DNA of 64,000 nt from Pecten maximus. Lineage: Eukaryota. Shown piece after piece: positions 63,201 through 64,000 of this stretch. The stretch spans positions 43,028,001-43,092,000 of the forward strand of contig NC_047015.1 of the NCBI RefSeq assembly GCF_902652985.1. The letters are read 5' to 3'. A program made the position numbers and the translations under genes. Below the pieces are notes generated by a model. The model ran no database searches. It had not been told where the DNA came from and worked only from the letters and a program-made list of their open reading frames with translations. Position 1 is the stretch's first letter; each line of letters opens with the position of its first letter.

Positions 63201-64000
63201 CCCTGTGATGTACAGGTTATATAGAGTGTGATGTATCCCTGTGATGTACAGGTTATATAGAGTGTGATGTATCCCTGTGATGTATCCCTGTGATGTATCC
63301 CTGTGATGTACAGGTTATATAGAGTGTGATGTATCCCTGTGATGTATCCCTGTGATGTATCCCTGTGATGTATCCCTGTGATGTACAGGTTATATAGAGT
63401 GTGATGTATCCCTGTGATGTACAGGTTATACAGAGTGTGATGTATCCCTGTGAATGTATCCCTGTGATGTACAGGTTATATAGAGTGTGATGTATCCCTG
63501 TGATGTACAGGTTATATAGAGTGTGATGTATCCCTGTGATGTACAGGTTATATAGAGTGTGATGTATCCCTGTGATGTATCCCTGTGATGTATCCCTGTG
63601 ATGTACAGGTTATATAGAGTGTGATGTATCCCTGTGATGTATCCCTGTGATGTACAGGTTATATAGAGTGTGATGTATCCCTGTGATGTATCCCTGTGAT
63701 GTATCCCTGTGATGTATCCCTGTGATGTACAGGTTATATAGAGTGTGATGTATCCCTGTGATGTACAGGTTATATAGAGTGTGATGTATCCCTGTGATGT
63801 ATCCCTGTGATGTACAGGTTATATAGAGTGTGATGTATCCCTGTGATGTACAGGTTATATAGAGTGTGATGTATCCCTGTGATGTACAGGTTATATAGAG
63901 TGTGATGTATCCCTGTGATGTACAGGTTATATAGAGTGTGATGTATCCCTGTGATGTAACAGGTTATATAGAGTGTGATGTATCCCTGTGATGTACAGGT
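60282..64000. repeat. 36-bp satellite with variable 13-bp subunit expansions, running off the end of the window
   Basis: Unit GTGTGATGTATCCCTGTGATGTACAGGTTATATAGA. The subunit TGTGATGTATCCC occurs 1-4 times per unit. Confidence 0.97.

Overview
AT-rich, intron-containing animal genomic DNA, not prokaryotic. The repeat families (Helentron-type HINEs with internal ~150-160 bp repeats, V-type and Meta-type tRNA SINEs) point to a bivalve mollusc, plausibly a scallop (inference). Four spliced genes could be reconstructed by hand: (1) WIPI2/Atg18 (+, 11 coding exons, 4176-14995, ~440 aa); (2) a secreted, extremely Asp-rich protein resembling acidic shell-matrix proteins (+, 30274 to the gap at 33675); (3) LRRC45 (+, 5' exons lost in the gap, 34678-41796); (4) SGSH/sulfamidase (-, 50275-45308, ~515 aa). 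The rest is transposons (a TSD-flanked 5'-truncated L1/Tx1-like LINE, SINEs, HINEs, MITEs), minisatellites, a 36-bp satellite from ~60.3 kb to the end, and two N gaps. The most notable points are the Asp/Asn-rich biomineralisation candidate, an SGSH intron built from tandem copies of its own exon end plus splice donor (12 extra GTAAG donors, all non-productive), a His-to-Asn change at the conserved SGSH active-site His (human H125), alternative donors in WIPI2 exon 10, and CLEAR-like E-boxes in a probably bidirectional SGSH promoter. Most entries in the ORF track are spurious.
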